Origin: Candidatus Moraniibacteriota bacterium
GTDB taxonomy: Bacteria > Patescibacteriota > Minisyncoccia > Moranbacterales > UBA1568
Assembly (NCBI GenBank): GCA_013336285.1
Contig: JAAXTX010000003.1
Coordinates: 3,448-67,447 of the forward strand
DNA: 64,000 nucleotides
Direction of reading: 5' to 3'
Shown: positions 19,758 to 29,127 of the stretch, one piece after another
Numbering within the stretch: position 1 is the first letter of the stretch
Layout: every line of letters starts with the position of its first letter
Translations under genes and position numbers: made by a program
The notes under the pieces: model-generated
The model's database searches: none
What the model was told of the DNA's origin: nothing
Seen by the model: the letters and a program-made list of their open reading frames with translations, nothing else

Positions 19758-20699
19758 CTACGAATTGATTATCTCCCTGATTGAGTAGTTCATCCTCCCG
19801 CGCTGTCTGTAATACACCTTCACTGAAATATCCACCAGGATGCCGAAAACGAACAATTGGACACCGACCAAGATGAGCAACGTTCCGACCAGGGGCCAGA
19901 TACGATCGGATAGCGATGCGCCGAAAAAAGCCTTGTCCACGAACATCCAGATCAGGATGACCGAACCGAGGAAAACGGAAATCAATCCGGTCCCACCGAA
20001 AAGATGCAGCGATCTATAAGAATATTTCCGCCAGTACCAGAGAAAGACCATATCGACGAAGCCTTTCACGCCTCGCTTCCAGTTATATTTCGTCTTGCCA
20101 TGTACCCGAGCATGATGCGAGACCTTCACTTCAGTCACCCGGAATCCGTCAAGTTGCAACATGGCCGGAATGAACCGATGCATCTCCCCAAAGAGATCAA
20201 CTCCTTCGAAACATTCGCGCCTATACGCCTTAAGGCTGCACCCCGAATCATGGATACCGTCCTTGATGAGAAAACCGCGCAAAAGATTCGCCGTTCTGGA
20301 AAAGATTTTCTTCGCGAGAGAATCCTTTCTCTTGTGTCTCCACCCGGAAACGATATCGTATCCTTCTTCGATCTTCGCGAGAAGAAGCGGGAAGTCCGCC
20401 GGATCATTCTGAAGATCGCCGTCCATCGTAATGATGACACTCCCCTTTGCCGCCTTGATACCGGCATCGAACGCGGCAGTCTGACCGAAATTACGACGGA
20501 AACGGACCAGTCGAAGCGGCAGAAGCCCCGTGCAATCCTTCAGCGTTCCGTCCGTAGAGCCGTCATCCACAAAAATGATCTCGTATGGTTTCCCGATATT
20601 CTCAAGCGACTCCTTCACCTTCTTATGCAGATCACCAACATTTCCTTCCTCATTATAAAGCGGCACAACAACGGACAAATATGGTTTCTCTCCGTCCAT
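19758..20699 (-). CDS. GT2 polyprenyl-phosphate glycosyltransferase (ArnC/DPM1/GtrB-like).
   Basis: LSVVVPLYNEEGNV...IIFVDDGSTDGT GT-A motifs, a DGDLQND DxD motif and two C-terminal TM helices. Confidence 0.75.
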   Translation of the reverse strand: MDGEKPYLSVVVPLYNEEGNVGDLHKKVKESLENIGKPYEIIFVDDGSTDGTLKDCTGLLPLRLVRFRRNFGQTAAFDAGIKAAKGSVIITMDGDLQNDPADFPLLLAKIEEGYDIVSGWRHKRKDSLAKKIFSRTANLLRGFLIKDGIHDSGCSLKAYRRECFEGVDLFGEMHRFIPAMLQLDGFRVTEVKVSHHARVHGKTKYNWKRGVKGFVDMVFLWYWRKYSYRSLHLFGGTGLISVFLGSVILIWMFVDKAFFGASLSDRIWPLVGTLLILVGVQLFVFGILVDISVKVYYRQRGRMNYSIREIINS

Positions 20700-20725
20700 A
20701 GAATAATCAAGAATGATTTATCCCC

Positions 20726-20754
20726 ATATTAAACTATTTTTCTACCGTTTGCAA
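20726..20754 (-). promoter_or_regulatory. Sigma70-like promoter for the GT2-ugd-GT4 operon.
   Basis: On the minus strand, TTGCAA, a 17-nt spacer, then TAATAT, about 25 nt upstream of the GT2 ATG. Confidence 0.4.
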
Positions 20755-20805
20755 ACGGATTTCGAACGAAAAAAGCCCATCGTAGGGCCTTATTCGTAGT
20801 ATTTC

Positions 20806-21531
20806 TTAACGATTTCTCCGAAACAGCATGATTGAGATTATAAGGATGACCAGAGCACCGATGGATCCGAAAACGATGACGAGTATTCTGCTGTTTTCCG
20901 ATTTTGCCACTGTTATCTGTGTCGACTGGTCCGAATCAATCGTCTGGGTCGGCATACCGACCGGTGGCTCGTATTCCCGGAGAAGCTCAGCGCCTGTCTG
21001 CGGATCCCGTATCAATCCGTTGTTCTGATCAAGAAGCTGCTGTGTGGACAGACTATACTTTACGTTTCCCGAAGCACAGTCAGTAAGACACGTGCCCATA
21101 TTCTCTCCCTTTTCGAACTCACAGATCCCGTTCGCGTTACATTTCACGAATTCCGCCAGATTCCCTTCAAGAAGAACCTCCCCGGTCTTGACTAAGGTCA
21201 CCTGGAAGCGATTCACGATACTGAAATATGGAACCTTGAACGGAAATTTTCCCTGTGGCATATTGAAATTCGTCGATACCGCTTTCGCCCCGCTCACATC
21301 GAACAGATCCAGACTATACGGACCGGCATGGGTCGCTCTCGAAAAATCAAAAATGGAAAAAGCGGGGTCGTCCGTCTTCGCAACAGGCTCGGTCGTAGAC
21401 GTATCAAGCATGATCCTGTCCCCCGCCCGTTCAAGATGAAAAACCCAGACCTCCTCGGCTGAAGCCTCAGAAATCGGCATCAGAGCCAAGGTGAACAACG
21501 ACATTACAAGCAGACCGAAACTGTATTTCAT
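20806..21531 (-). CDS. Secreted/surface protein with a signal peptide and a C-terminal TM anchor (hypothetical).
   Basis: N-terminal signal MKYSFGLLVMSLFTLALMPISEASA, four Cys residues and a C-terminal hydrophobic segment ILVIVFGSIGALVILIISIMLF-RRNR. Confidence 0.5.
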   Translation of the reverse strand: MKYSFGLLVMSLFTLALMPISEASAEEVWVFHLERAGDRIMLDTSTTEPVAKTDDPAFSIFDFSRATHAGPYSLDLFDVSGAKAVSTNFNMPQGKFPFKVPYFSIVNRFQVTLVKTGEVLLEGNLAEFVKCNANGICEFEKGENMGTCLTDCASGNVKYSLSTQQLLDQNNGLIRDPQTGAELLREYEPPVGMPTQTIDSDQSTQITVAKSENSRILVIVFGSIGALVILIISIMLFRRNR

Positions 21532-21544
21532 ACGGATGCCATTA

Positions 21545-22714
21545 CTATTTGCAATTGTTATAATACGTCTCCACGCGACCGCAATAATCCCGCGTCGTCG
21601 TCGCGCACCTGTTTGGCCCCCCTGCGTTCCAACAAGAAGCCACCTTTCGTATGTCGTTAAGCGAACAACCGTGCTTGGCGTTATCGTTCAAGAGCCACGC
21701 CGTACAGTTCATGTCGAGCGTGATGTCGCCCTGAATCTTTGCACACGTCTGGGCTGCGGTTCCGGTTATTCCGCACTTCGTACGATTTTCCGGCAATAGC
21801 TGACCATACCCGCAGGAACCGTGTCCATCAGTCGAAATGGATTTATTACAACCCTCACCTCCCTGAATAATGGATGTGATAATATTCGCGCTGATATGAT
21901 ACGTGTTGCTGCTAATAGCATTCGCTATGGTCGGATCCGTAGCACACCTTCCGGTCGTACAAGTTCCGGCTCCACCGACAGTCGCGAACGTGTACGGTGC
22001 GTCGGTATTCGCATCGGTGAATGGCGTCGTCGTCGTAAGCGACGTATCCGAAGCTATCGAAGCGATAGTGGCTGACTGCCCGTTTATGATGATCGTATCA
22101 CCGACTTTCAACGTCGACCGGAAAGTAGTCCCCGTCCCGGTCACCGTAGTTCCGCCCGCGACATTCGTAACCGTACCGTTTCCGACCTGCGCCACCTGTG
22201 CCCCGGTCCCCTGAACAGCCGTACCCGCCGAAGAAGTCGTATCACACTCTATTTGAAAGCCGTGTTGGATACTGAACGACGCGCTCACGCCGAGATCGGT
22301 CTTCGTCGGCAGCAGCCAGTAAATGATAAGATTGACGATCAACCAGGCGAACAGGACTATAGTGATTCCGGACAATGCGGCCCAGAGCCCCTTCTTTGCG
22401 GTCCCGATCAAGCCCTCGTTTCCGGATGAAACGATGTATAGCACGCCCATTGCCGTAATGATGGAAAGGGCGAGAAATACCATGACCGCCATGAAGTAGT
22501 CGATGATATTCTTGATGCCGACGAAGAAATGACACAGCGTACACGGGTTCTCCATGGGACCGCCGCACGGCACAAGTCCTGCAGCTTGGACGGAATGCGG
22601 AAGAAGAGAAAGAGCGAGAAGCGCGAGAGTGACACTGAATACCATCACGAACCAGAACGATTTCGGTCTGATCATATTGCTATGGAAATACCGGTTTTTT
22701 TCTCGTCCCCTCAT
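21545..22714 (-). CDS. T4SS-pilin-like (TrbC/VirB2-like, VPCG-motif) protein fused to a long Thr/Gly-rich and Cys-rich C-terminal extension. The start is possibly the internal Met at 22675.
   Basis: Signal peptide, then AGLVPCGGPMENPCTLC, then two hydrophobic helices. This matches the pilin-like proteins common in CPR genomes. About 250 further residues follow: a GT-rich stretch (TGTGTT..., TSLTTTTPF) and a domain with about 14 Cys. Confidence 0.5.
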   Translation of the reverse strand: MRGREKNRYFHSNMIRPKSFWFVMVFSVTLALLALSLLPHSVQAAGLVPCGGPMENPCTLCHFFVGIKNIIDYFMAVMVFLALSIITAMGVLYIVSSGNEGLIGTAKKGLWAALSGITIVLFAWLIVNLIIYWLLPTKTDLGVSASFSIQHGFQIECDTTSSAGTAVQGTGAQVAQVGNGTVTNVAGGTTVTGTGTTFRSTLKVGDTIIINGQSATIASIASDTSLTTTTPFTDANTDAPYTFATVGGAGTCTTGRCATDPTIANAISSNTYHISANIITSIIQGGEGCNKSISTDGHGSCGYGQLLPENRTKCGITGTAAQTCAKIQGDITLDMNCTAWLLNDNAKHGCSLNDIRKVASCWNAGGPNRCATTTRDYCGRVETYYNNCK

Positions 22715-22875
22715 CGGGAAACGATACGTGTAAGAATTCCACTATCGATTTTCATCATTATATCACGATAAACGTTCCTTTGAAAATCCGCGTTTTACAA
22801 TCAGGTACTTTCGACATCGATCCGCTGAACACCGACAGTATCGTCTCTATTCATTTCGCGAAAACCCGTACGATT

Positions 22876-23835
22876 TCAGGTGCGATCATAATGGCGATAC
22901 CAATCCACGAAACGAGCTACGCCCTCGTCGATATTCGTGCAGGGAGTCCAACCGAGCGCGCGAAGCTTCGAGATGTCCGCGACCGTACGGCTCACGTCGC
23001 CAGACTGCATCGGAAGCATCCGTTTTTCGGCGGTTTTTTCGGCATACTTTTCCACCGCCGCAATATAATCCGAAAGTGCCTCGTCCCGGTCACCACCGAT
23101 GTTCATGACACTTCCTGGCGGCAGATCGGCATCAAGCGTTACGAGTATCCCGGATACTATGTCGTCGATATAGGTAAAGTTTCGACGCATATCCCCACCG
23201 TTATAGACATCGATCGGTTTGCCGTCAATAATGTTCGCCACGAACTTGAACACGCCCATATCGGGCCTTCCCCATGGTCCATAGACGGTAAAAAACCGTA
23301 GTCCGGTCGTCTTCATGCCGTATACATGTCCGTAAACATGGGCAAGAAGTTCGGTAGATTTTTTCGTCGCCGCATAGACAGATACCGGATGATCGACCGG
23401 GTCCGACTCCGAAAACGGTACTTTGGCGTTCTCTCCGTAGACGGACGACGACGAGGCGTATACAAAATGATTCGTCCCGAACTTCCTGGCACATTCGAGC
23501 ATATTAAGCGTACCCATCACGTTCACGTCGGCATAGAGTTCAGGCCGCTCGAGCGAATACCGCACTCCCGCCATCGCGGCCAAATGGATAATCCTTTCCG
23601 GTTGTTCTTTCTCGAAAACGGAATCAAGAAACGCACGGTCGCGGACATCGCCTTCATACAAACGAAACTTCCCCTCGTATCCACGCAGGAACACCGAAAT
23701 ACGGTCACGCTTCAGTTTCGGGTCGTAATAATCGTTGAAATTGTCGATGAGTATCGGGGTATCGCCACCATCCATCAAAGCCTTGGCCACGGCCGATCCG
23801 ATAAACCCCGCCCCGCCGGTAACGAGAATGGTCAT
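22876..23835 (-). CDS. NAD-dependent nucleotide-sugar epimerase (GalE-like; UDP-glucuronate 4-epimerase-like).
   Basis: TGGAGFIGS NAD-binding motif and the YAATK catalytic motif, at 319 aa. Its neighbour is ugd. Confidence 0.75.
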   Translation of the reverse strand: MTILVTGGAGFIGSAVAKALMDGGDTPILIDNFNDYYDPKLKRDRISVFLRGYEGKFRLYEGDVRDRAFLDSVFEKEQPERIIHLAAMAGVRYSLERPELYADVNVMGTLNMLECARKFGTNHFVYASSSSVYGENAKVPFSESDPVDHPVSVYAATKKSTELLAHVYGHVYGMKTTGLRFFTVYGPWGRPDMGVFKFVANIIDGKPIDVYNGGDMRRNFTYIDDIVSGILVTLDADLPPGSVMNIGGDRDEALSDYIAAVEKYAEKTAEKRMLPMQSGDVSRTVADISKLRALGWTPCTNIDEGVARFVDWYRHYDRT

Positions 23836-24044
23836 ATTGATTTCAGATTATCGTTTTTTCCCAATACGTCGCTTTTCAATTTTACAATTTCTTCCGCCGA
23901 CTCATATATCCGGCCCGTTTCAATTTTGTAGAGGAGCGGAATAACACCGCATTTCAAGCATTCGCCCCAATTGCATTTTCCACCGTTCTTCTTACTGCGC
24001 TTTCGACAAATCGATATCTCCCGTTCGAACATCCCTTTTTCCAT
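23832..24044 (-). CDS. Small Cys4 zinc-ribbon-like protein (70 aa from the internal ATG; the long 103-aa ORF would overlap the upstream GT).
   Basis: C-x10-C-x4-C-x2-C pattern (CRKRSKKNGGKCNWGECLKCG). The ATG lies 4 nt after the upstream gene's stop, and its own stop overlaps the epimerase ATG (ATGA). Confidence 0.4.
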   Translation of the reverse strand: MEKGMFEREISICRKRSKKNGGKCNWGECLKCGVIPLLYKIETGRIYESAEEIVKLKSDVLGKNDNLKSI

Positions 24045-24048
24045 AACA

Positions 24049-25281
24049 TCATTCCTTCGGATGAATCGAGCCGCCCTTGACCTCTCCTGATACCCGACCG
24101 ATCGATTCCTTAAGATATTCCACGTATTCCCCGTCATCCGCATTAGTCGTCACGTATCTGACCAGCACCGTTTTTCGAGCCTGTTCACCGATGATTCGAC
24201 GAAGATCAAAGTCGGTTATGAGTCGTTCAAGTTTTTCCTTCCACTCAATTTCGTTCGCAGCGACGAATCCGTCCACCCCTTCTCGGATCGCCTCACGGAA
24301 GGTCCTCGTGCCGGCAGCGACCGTCGGCACACCCAGGATGCCCGCCTCGAAGAATTTCAACTCGGATTTACCTTCGCAAAAAGGATTCCCTATTTCCAAT
24401 GGCGCAATATTGATATCGACCGATGCGATATTCCCGAAATGCTTTTTCCGTTCGACATAGTGCATTCGGTCGATTCGGTCCGAAAAAGCCCCGAACATAT
24501 CATCAAGCACAAGCGGTCCAACGATCAGAAGCCGCAGATTCGCATGTTTTTCGAAAAGTTCGATCAGCACACCCGTTACGGTCGAAAAGTCCTTGTCATG
24601 TCCGGCTGTGCCGCTGAAATAACCGATCGTTATGACATCATCCGTTCTCGAGTTCATCCATTCCTGTCGTTTATGATAGAGTTCATCGGCGATCGCGACG
24701 TCAGAAACTGGCAATCGGTTCGGAACCACGAACACTTTCTTTTCCTTTTCGCGCAATTTTTCCGCAAGAAACGAGGTCGATGTCGTCGCGACTTGCACGT
24801 ATGGATCGGCCAGGATTTCTCCCCCGACCCCGTTCTCGTACAGTTTTCGCTCGAGCGGATTCATGACCCGCCAATAGTCCATGTGCACTAAAAATGCCGG
24901 GTCATACACGAGATCGTCGGTCTCGAATATGATTGTCTTTCCCATTCGCTTGATTTCCTGAACCAATTTCGAGACGGATGAGGTATAGAGTACCCGATGA
25001 AAGATGAACACCGCGAAATTGTCCGCGTATGAAACAAGACGAGGATTTTCCGGTGCCGTTATGGAAGAACTGATGCCGCGAAAACCGAGTTCTTCAGCAA
25101 CGAATTTGGTCCTGAAATGAGCACTATCCCCAACCCCGCCGGAAATAAACAGAACATCGGCCGGATGCACGCGCGTAAAGAGCTCGAGTCCCGCGGAAAT
25201 AATCCGTTTCATGCCATCTATGACTCCTTCATTCCGAAGTACGCGCCAAGCCTTACCGATCTTTATGAGGATTAGTTTCAT
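24049..25281 (-). CDS. GT4-like glycosyltransferase. The alternative start at 25212 has AGGAG upstream.
   Basis: C-terminal GT-B motif CEGKSELKFFEAGILGVPTVAAG. The gene overlaps the upstream gene in ATGA. Confidence 0.6.
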   Translation of the reverse strand: MKLILIKIGKAWRVLRNEGVIDGMKRIISAGLELFTRVHPADVLFISGGVGDSAHFRTKFVAEELGFRGISSSITAPENPRLVSYADNFAVFIFHRVLYTSSVSKLVQEIKRMGKTIIFETDDLVYDPAFLVHMDYWRVMNPLERKLYENGVGGEILADPYVQVATTSTSFLAEKLREKEKKVFVVPNRLPVSDVAIADELYHKRQEWMNSRTDDVITIGYFSGTAGHDKDFSTVTGVLIELFEKHANLRLLIVGPLVLDDMFGAFSDRIDRMHYVERKKHFGNIASVDINIAPLEIGNPFCEGKSELKFFEAGILGVPTVAAGTRTFREAIREGVDGFVAANEIEWKEKLERLITDFDLRRIIGEQARKTVLVRYVTTNADDGEYVEYLKESIGRVSGEVKGGSIHPKE

Positions 25282-26495
25282 ACGCGTCTCTTCAAGATAT
25301 CCCGATATATCACCTCGATCTTCTCACCCGTTTCATCCCAAGTGAATCCATCCGCAAGAAGACGGTTTGCCTGCCCGATATCGTGCCATGACCCGGGTTT
25401 TTCGACAAGTAAAATGATCGCTTCGGCAAGCGACTCCGCAGTGCCATCTGTAGCGTACGCGCCGCCGTCACCCAGATATTTCCTATTATTCGGGGTATCG
25501 AAACAAACGACCGGAAGACCGGCTCCCATATACTGGAGCATTTTTCCGCTCGCCTGACCCGTATCGTCGTGTTTAGGATCGACCGCGATATCGCTCGCGC
25601 CGAGAATTTCCCCGATGGAGAAATACGGCAAGGGACTCACGACCGTCACGCGTTCTGTGACACCGTATCTTGAAAGAAGCGGATCGAGCAGGTCCCTCGG
25701 GAATCCGGCCAGAATGAAATGCGTGGACGAATCGGAACGAAGTACGGTCGGAATCGCAGCAACAAGCGTCTCAACCCCCTTATTCGGTATAAATGCCCCC
25801 GTATATACTATGACAGTCGCTTCACGTGGAATCAGATTGGCGATCCTGACCCGCTCGCGGGCATCCGCGGATAGAGGCGCCAACTTCCGCGCGCCGTCGA
25901 GTACCGTCTCGACACGTCCCTTTTTCCGTATCGAGGAAATCTCTTCGGCATTAGTCCAGGAACTCGCTACGGCCACATCGCCGAGATTATCCAACCATGC
26001 CTCAACCGACCTGAAAATAGCGCGAAGAAAACCGCCCCGAAGATACTCGTGCGAGACCATTTCACGTGTCAGACTTCCGTGAAAATCCGCCACCAATTTC
26101 GGACGTTGACCATTCAACCGAAGAAGCAACGTCGCTACCCAGGCGATCGCGACGCCCTCATGAATATGGGCATGAATGATATCCGGACGAAATTTTCTCG
26201 AAAGCGTGTAGGTCTTCCTGATCAGGAGTACGTCGAGCACAAGCTTCTGCCAATCCGGTCCGGCTTCGAGTTTTCTATACCAGAAAAGCAGTCGGCGGAT
26301 ACGCCTCACCTCGATACCGGGATTCTCCCGTTCCGGGATATCGTTCCCGATATGATATGTCGCGATCTTCACTTCATGGCCGCGACGAACGAGTGCCCGA
26401 GCCTCCTCGAGAATACGCACATGCGTTCCCCGATCGGCGAAGAACGGGGTAGGTGCCACCATGAGTATCTTCAATCGACTATTCGTTTCCATCAT
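25278..26495 (-). CDS. GT4 family glycosyltransferase.
   Basis: LKILMVAPTPFFADRGTHVRILEEARALVRRGHEV N-terminus, and the C-terminal G(A)GLPVV donor-binding motif. Confidence 0.75.
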   Translation of the reverse strand: MMETNSRLKILMVAPTPFFADRGTHVRILEEARALVRRGHEVKIATYHIGNDIPERENPGIEVRRIRRLLFWYRKLEAGPDWQKLVLDVLLIRKTYTLSRKFRPDIIHAHIHEGVAIAWVATLLLRLNGQRPKLVADFHGSLTREMVSHEYLRGGFLRAIFRSVEAWLDNLGDVAVASSWTNAEEISSIRKKGRVETVLDGARKLAPLSADARERVRIANLIPREATVIVYTGAFIPNKGVETLVAAIPTVLRSDSSTHFILAGFPRDLLDPLLSRYGVTERVTVVSPLPYFSIGEILGASDIAVDPKHDDTGQASGKMLQYMGAGLPVVCFDTPNNRKYLGDGGAYATDGTAESLAEAIILLVEKPGSWHDIGQANRLLADGFTWDETGEKIEVIYRDILKRRV

Positions 26496-26534
26496 TACGG
26501 CGTTCGGTCAGAGGGTTATCCCTTGCCTTCCAGC

Positions 26535-28994
26535 TTACGCGAGGTCGGCTTCGGCAATCGTCACACTCCCCCCTTCGATCACTTCACCGGCAATCACTTT
26601 CCTGACGATCACATCCTCTATATGATCCTCGATATACCGGTTGAGGGATCTTGCGCCGAACACCGGTTCGTATCCCTGTCGGACGATGGCGGCGGCGACT
26701 CCCTCCGTGAAGGCGACCGAGATGTTCTTCTGTTTCTTGATGCGGTCCGAGAGACTCGTGAGCTTGATCTGAACCACCTGTGAAAGTTCCCCTCCGAGAA
26801 GCGGAGCGAAACAGACGATGCCGTCGAAACGGTTCAGGAATTCCGTACGGAACGTACCCTTCTGTTCTATGTCCGTCAAAAGTTTCTTCCGGAGATCGTC
26901 CTGCGTGATACCTGCGGAAACGAGTTCGGCGATGAGTCCGGAACTCGCGTTCGAGGTCGCGATGATTATTGACTTCCGGAAATTTATCTTCTTTCCGAAC
27001 GCATCGGTCACGAAGCCTTCGTCAAGAATCTGAAGGAAGATGTCGAGCACTTTCGGATATGCCTTCTCGATTTCGTCGAGCAACAGTACCGAGAACGGAT
27101 GTTCCTTCATAACGCCGGACAGGCGTCCCTCCTCGCCGGTAACATTCGATCCGAGCATGCGATCAGCGGCATCCGATGATTGGAATTCGCTCATATCGAG
27201 ACGGACCATACGGTTCTCGTCACCAAAATACGCCTCAGCGAGCGCCTTGGCCGTCTCGGTCTTTCCGACACCGGTCGGTCCAAGAAAGAGAAACGAACCC
27301 AGCGGTCGATTCGGATTGCCGAACCCGGCCCTGGCACGCCGGAGCGCTTCGGCGACCTGCCTGACCGCTTCGTCCTGACCCACGACGCGCAAATGGAGTA
27401 TTTCCTCGAGCTTAAGAAGTCTCTCTTTCTCGCTCTCACCGAGCGCGCCGATCGGCACACCGGTCTTCAGCGAGACAAACGCCATGACGGTCCGCGGCGT
27501 TACGTATGGTCCGTCCGGCTCAACCTGCCAATTCTGCATCGTTTCCTGCGCAAGGTCGATCGCTTTTTCCGGATACGGAATATCCCATTCGTACTGTCCG
27601 GAAATTTCGACGATCGACTGGAGCGCTTTCCAGGAAAAAATCACGCGATTCCGTTCCTCCGGAGCGAAAACGTTGAGCAGGATACGGGCCGTGTCCTCCG
27701 GTCCGGGCTCACGGAGATAGACCGCTTCGAGAAACTTCAACGTCGGCTCGTCATCATGGGCGAGGGCGTTGTATCCGGACGCGCTCATCATGCCGATAAC
27801 CCGGAATGACGGTAAAGCGAGAAATTCCGTAAAGGCACTGGAAAGGTCGATCCGACCGCTCTTCCCGTTCAGGAAAGAATCAAGGTTTTCAATCACGAGT
27901 ACGACATTCCCAGCGTTGGCAGCCTCATAAAAAAGAGAGCGGATGAAATTTTCGGGATCCTCACCACGATTCCCCGCATCACCGACCGCTATGCTCAAAT
28001 CGAAAGAGAGGAATCTCAGCTGTTCGAATCCCGGAAGATCACCCTCGCGAATTTTTCTGGCCAATGCGTGCACGAACGTCTTCTTGCCTATACCAGCGTC
28101 ACCTACCAACACGAAACTGTTCTGACCAGGCCTACCGAGCAAAAGAGTCGTAACTCGGAGCTCGTCATCGCGACCGAACAGGTGTAATTTCGAATATTCC
28201 GAGAAATCCGCTTTCGAGATGTCAGTGGCGTATCTGTCGAGATGCACCGTGAAGCCGAACTGCCATCCGCGACCGAACGGGACGGTCTTCCGAAGATTCT
28301 CCCAGGAGAGCAATTGCAGACGTTTCGCGGCACGTTCAGCCGCGAACGCCTCATAGGTTACGATGTCGTCGAAATCCTTGTCACTCATGTTAAGATCCGC
28401 GAGACGATCACGAAACGCCTCATCGCTCGTCCAATCCGAGGCGCGAAAGTCCTGCACAGCGATTCCCAGACGTCCAAGCACCCGTGGAAACCACTTCATT
28501 CGAAACAGTTCGCCACGGGACCGGGGGAGAAACGATTTCGGTTGCCGCGAGGCGAACGAGACCAACTGCACAAGAAGCAGGACAAATGAAAACGCCAGAA
28601 AAAGCCATTCTCCACCTTTCATGTGCCCAAACGGCGATCTGACAAAAAACCAGAATAAGGCCGGGACCGTCACCAACCACCCGACCAGGAATCCGAATCC
28701 GAAAAGCGCGAGAAACGCGATGGATACCGATCCGAAAACAAGTACGAAACTTCGAACAATGACACCCATCACCCGCGAAAAGACATTCATTGCGAACCGG
28801 TTCAACGACTTTCCGATGTCGAGCCCCAACCAGTTCTTCGGGGAACTATCGCGTTTCCACGGCGAAAAAAAAGTGGGGACCAATTCTCGGAAATTGAAAA
28901 TGTGAAGGAAATATCTAAAGAGATTTTCCCACGACGAAACGAGTGAGAGGAAACCCTCCGAGTAAATCCAGATGAGAAAAGAAAACGGAAACAT
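26535..28994 (-). CDS. Membrane-anchored ClpA/ClpB-family AAA+ ATPase with a degenerate D1 domain and an intact D2.
   Basis: The N-terminal ~150 aa contain four TM helices. The D1 region aligns to ClpB NBD1, but Walker A reads GDAGIGKK and Walker B reads VLVIENLD (DE replaced by EN). D2 has GPTGVGKT, LLLDEIEKA and sensor-2 GARSLNR. A ClpA-like linker is present (AIDLAQE, LEEILHLRVVGQDEAV). No IGF/IGL ClpP loop is seen. Confidence 0.7.
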   Translation of the reverse strand: MFPFSFLIWIYSEGFLSLVSSWENLFRYFLHIFNFRELVPTFFSPWKRDSSPKNWLGLDIGKSLNRFAMNVFSRVMGVIVRSFVLVFGSVSIAFLALFGFGFLVGWLVTVPALFWFFVRSPFGHMKGGEWLFLAFSFVLLLVQLVSFASRQPKSFLPRSRGELFRMKWFPRVLGRLGIAVQDFRASDWTSDEAFRDRLADLNMSDKDFDDIVTYEAFAAERAAKRLQLLSWENLRKTVPFGRGWQFGFTVHLDRYATDISKADFSEYSKLHLFGRDDELRVTTLLLGRPGQNSFVLVGDAGIGKKTFVHALARKIREGDLPGFEQLRFLSFDLSIAVGDAGNRGEDPENFIRSLFYEAANAGNVVLVIENLDSFLNGKSGRIDLSSAFTEFLALPSFRVIGMMSASGYNALAHDDEPTLKFLEAVYLREPGPEDTARILLNVFAPEERNRVIFSWKALQSIVEISGQYEWDIPYPEKAIDLAQETMQNWQVEPDGPYVTPRTVMAFVSLKTGVPIGALGESEKERLLKLEEILHLRVVGQDEAVRQVAEALRRARAGFGNPNRPLGSFLFLGPTGVGKTETAKALAEAYFGDENRMVRLDMSEFQSSDAADRMLGSNVTGEEGRLSGVMKEHPFSVLLLDEIEKAYPKVLDIFLQILDEGFVTDAFGKKINFRKSIIIATSNASSGLIAELVSAGITQDDLRKKLLTDIEQKGTFRTEFLNRFDGIVCFAPLLGGELSQVVQIKLTSLSDRIKKQKNISVAFTEGVAAAIVRQGYEPVFGARSLNRYIEDHIEDVIVRKVIAGEVIEGGSVTIAEADLA

Positions 28995-29091
28995 AGCTAT
29001 CCCTTACGATGTGCCGGACGCACATTGTTTCCCCTCCATTTTACCCGTGACTGTCTCCTTTTGCAAACCGGCTCAATCATGATGCTTCACA

Positions 29092-29120
29092 TTGAAAAGA
29101 CGCCGCCTTTCGGCTATACT
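29092..29120 (+). promoter_or_regulatory. Sigma70-like promoter for paralog E, giving a leaderless or near-leaderless mRNA.
   Basis: TTGAAA, a 17-nt spacer, then TATACT, with the ATG of the gene 8 nt after the -10. The TTG of the -35 element is what the ORF track reports as its start at 29092. Confidence 0.5.
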
Positions 29121-29127
29121 GGGAAAC

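Noticed and set aside
29092-29127. TTG start for GT-C paralog E at 29092.
   Set aside because: That TTG forms the -35 element (TTGAAA) of a TTGAAA-17-TATACT promoter. The ATG at 29128 follows the -10 by 8 nt.
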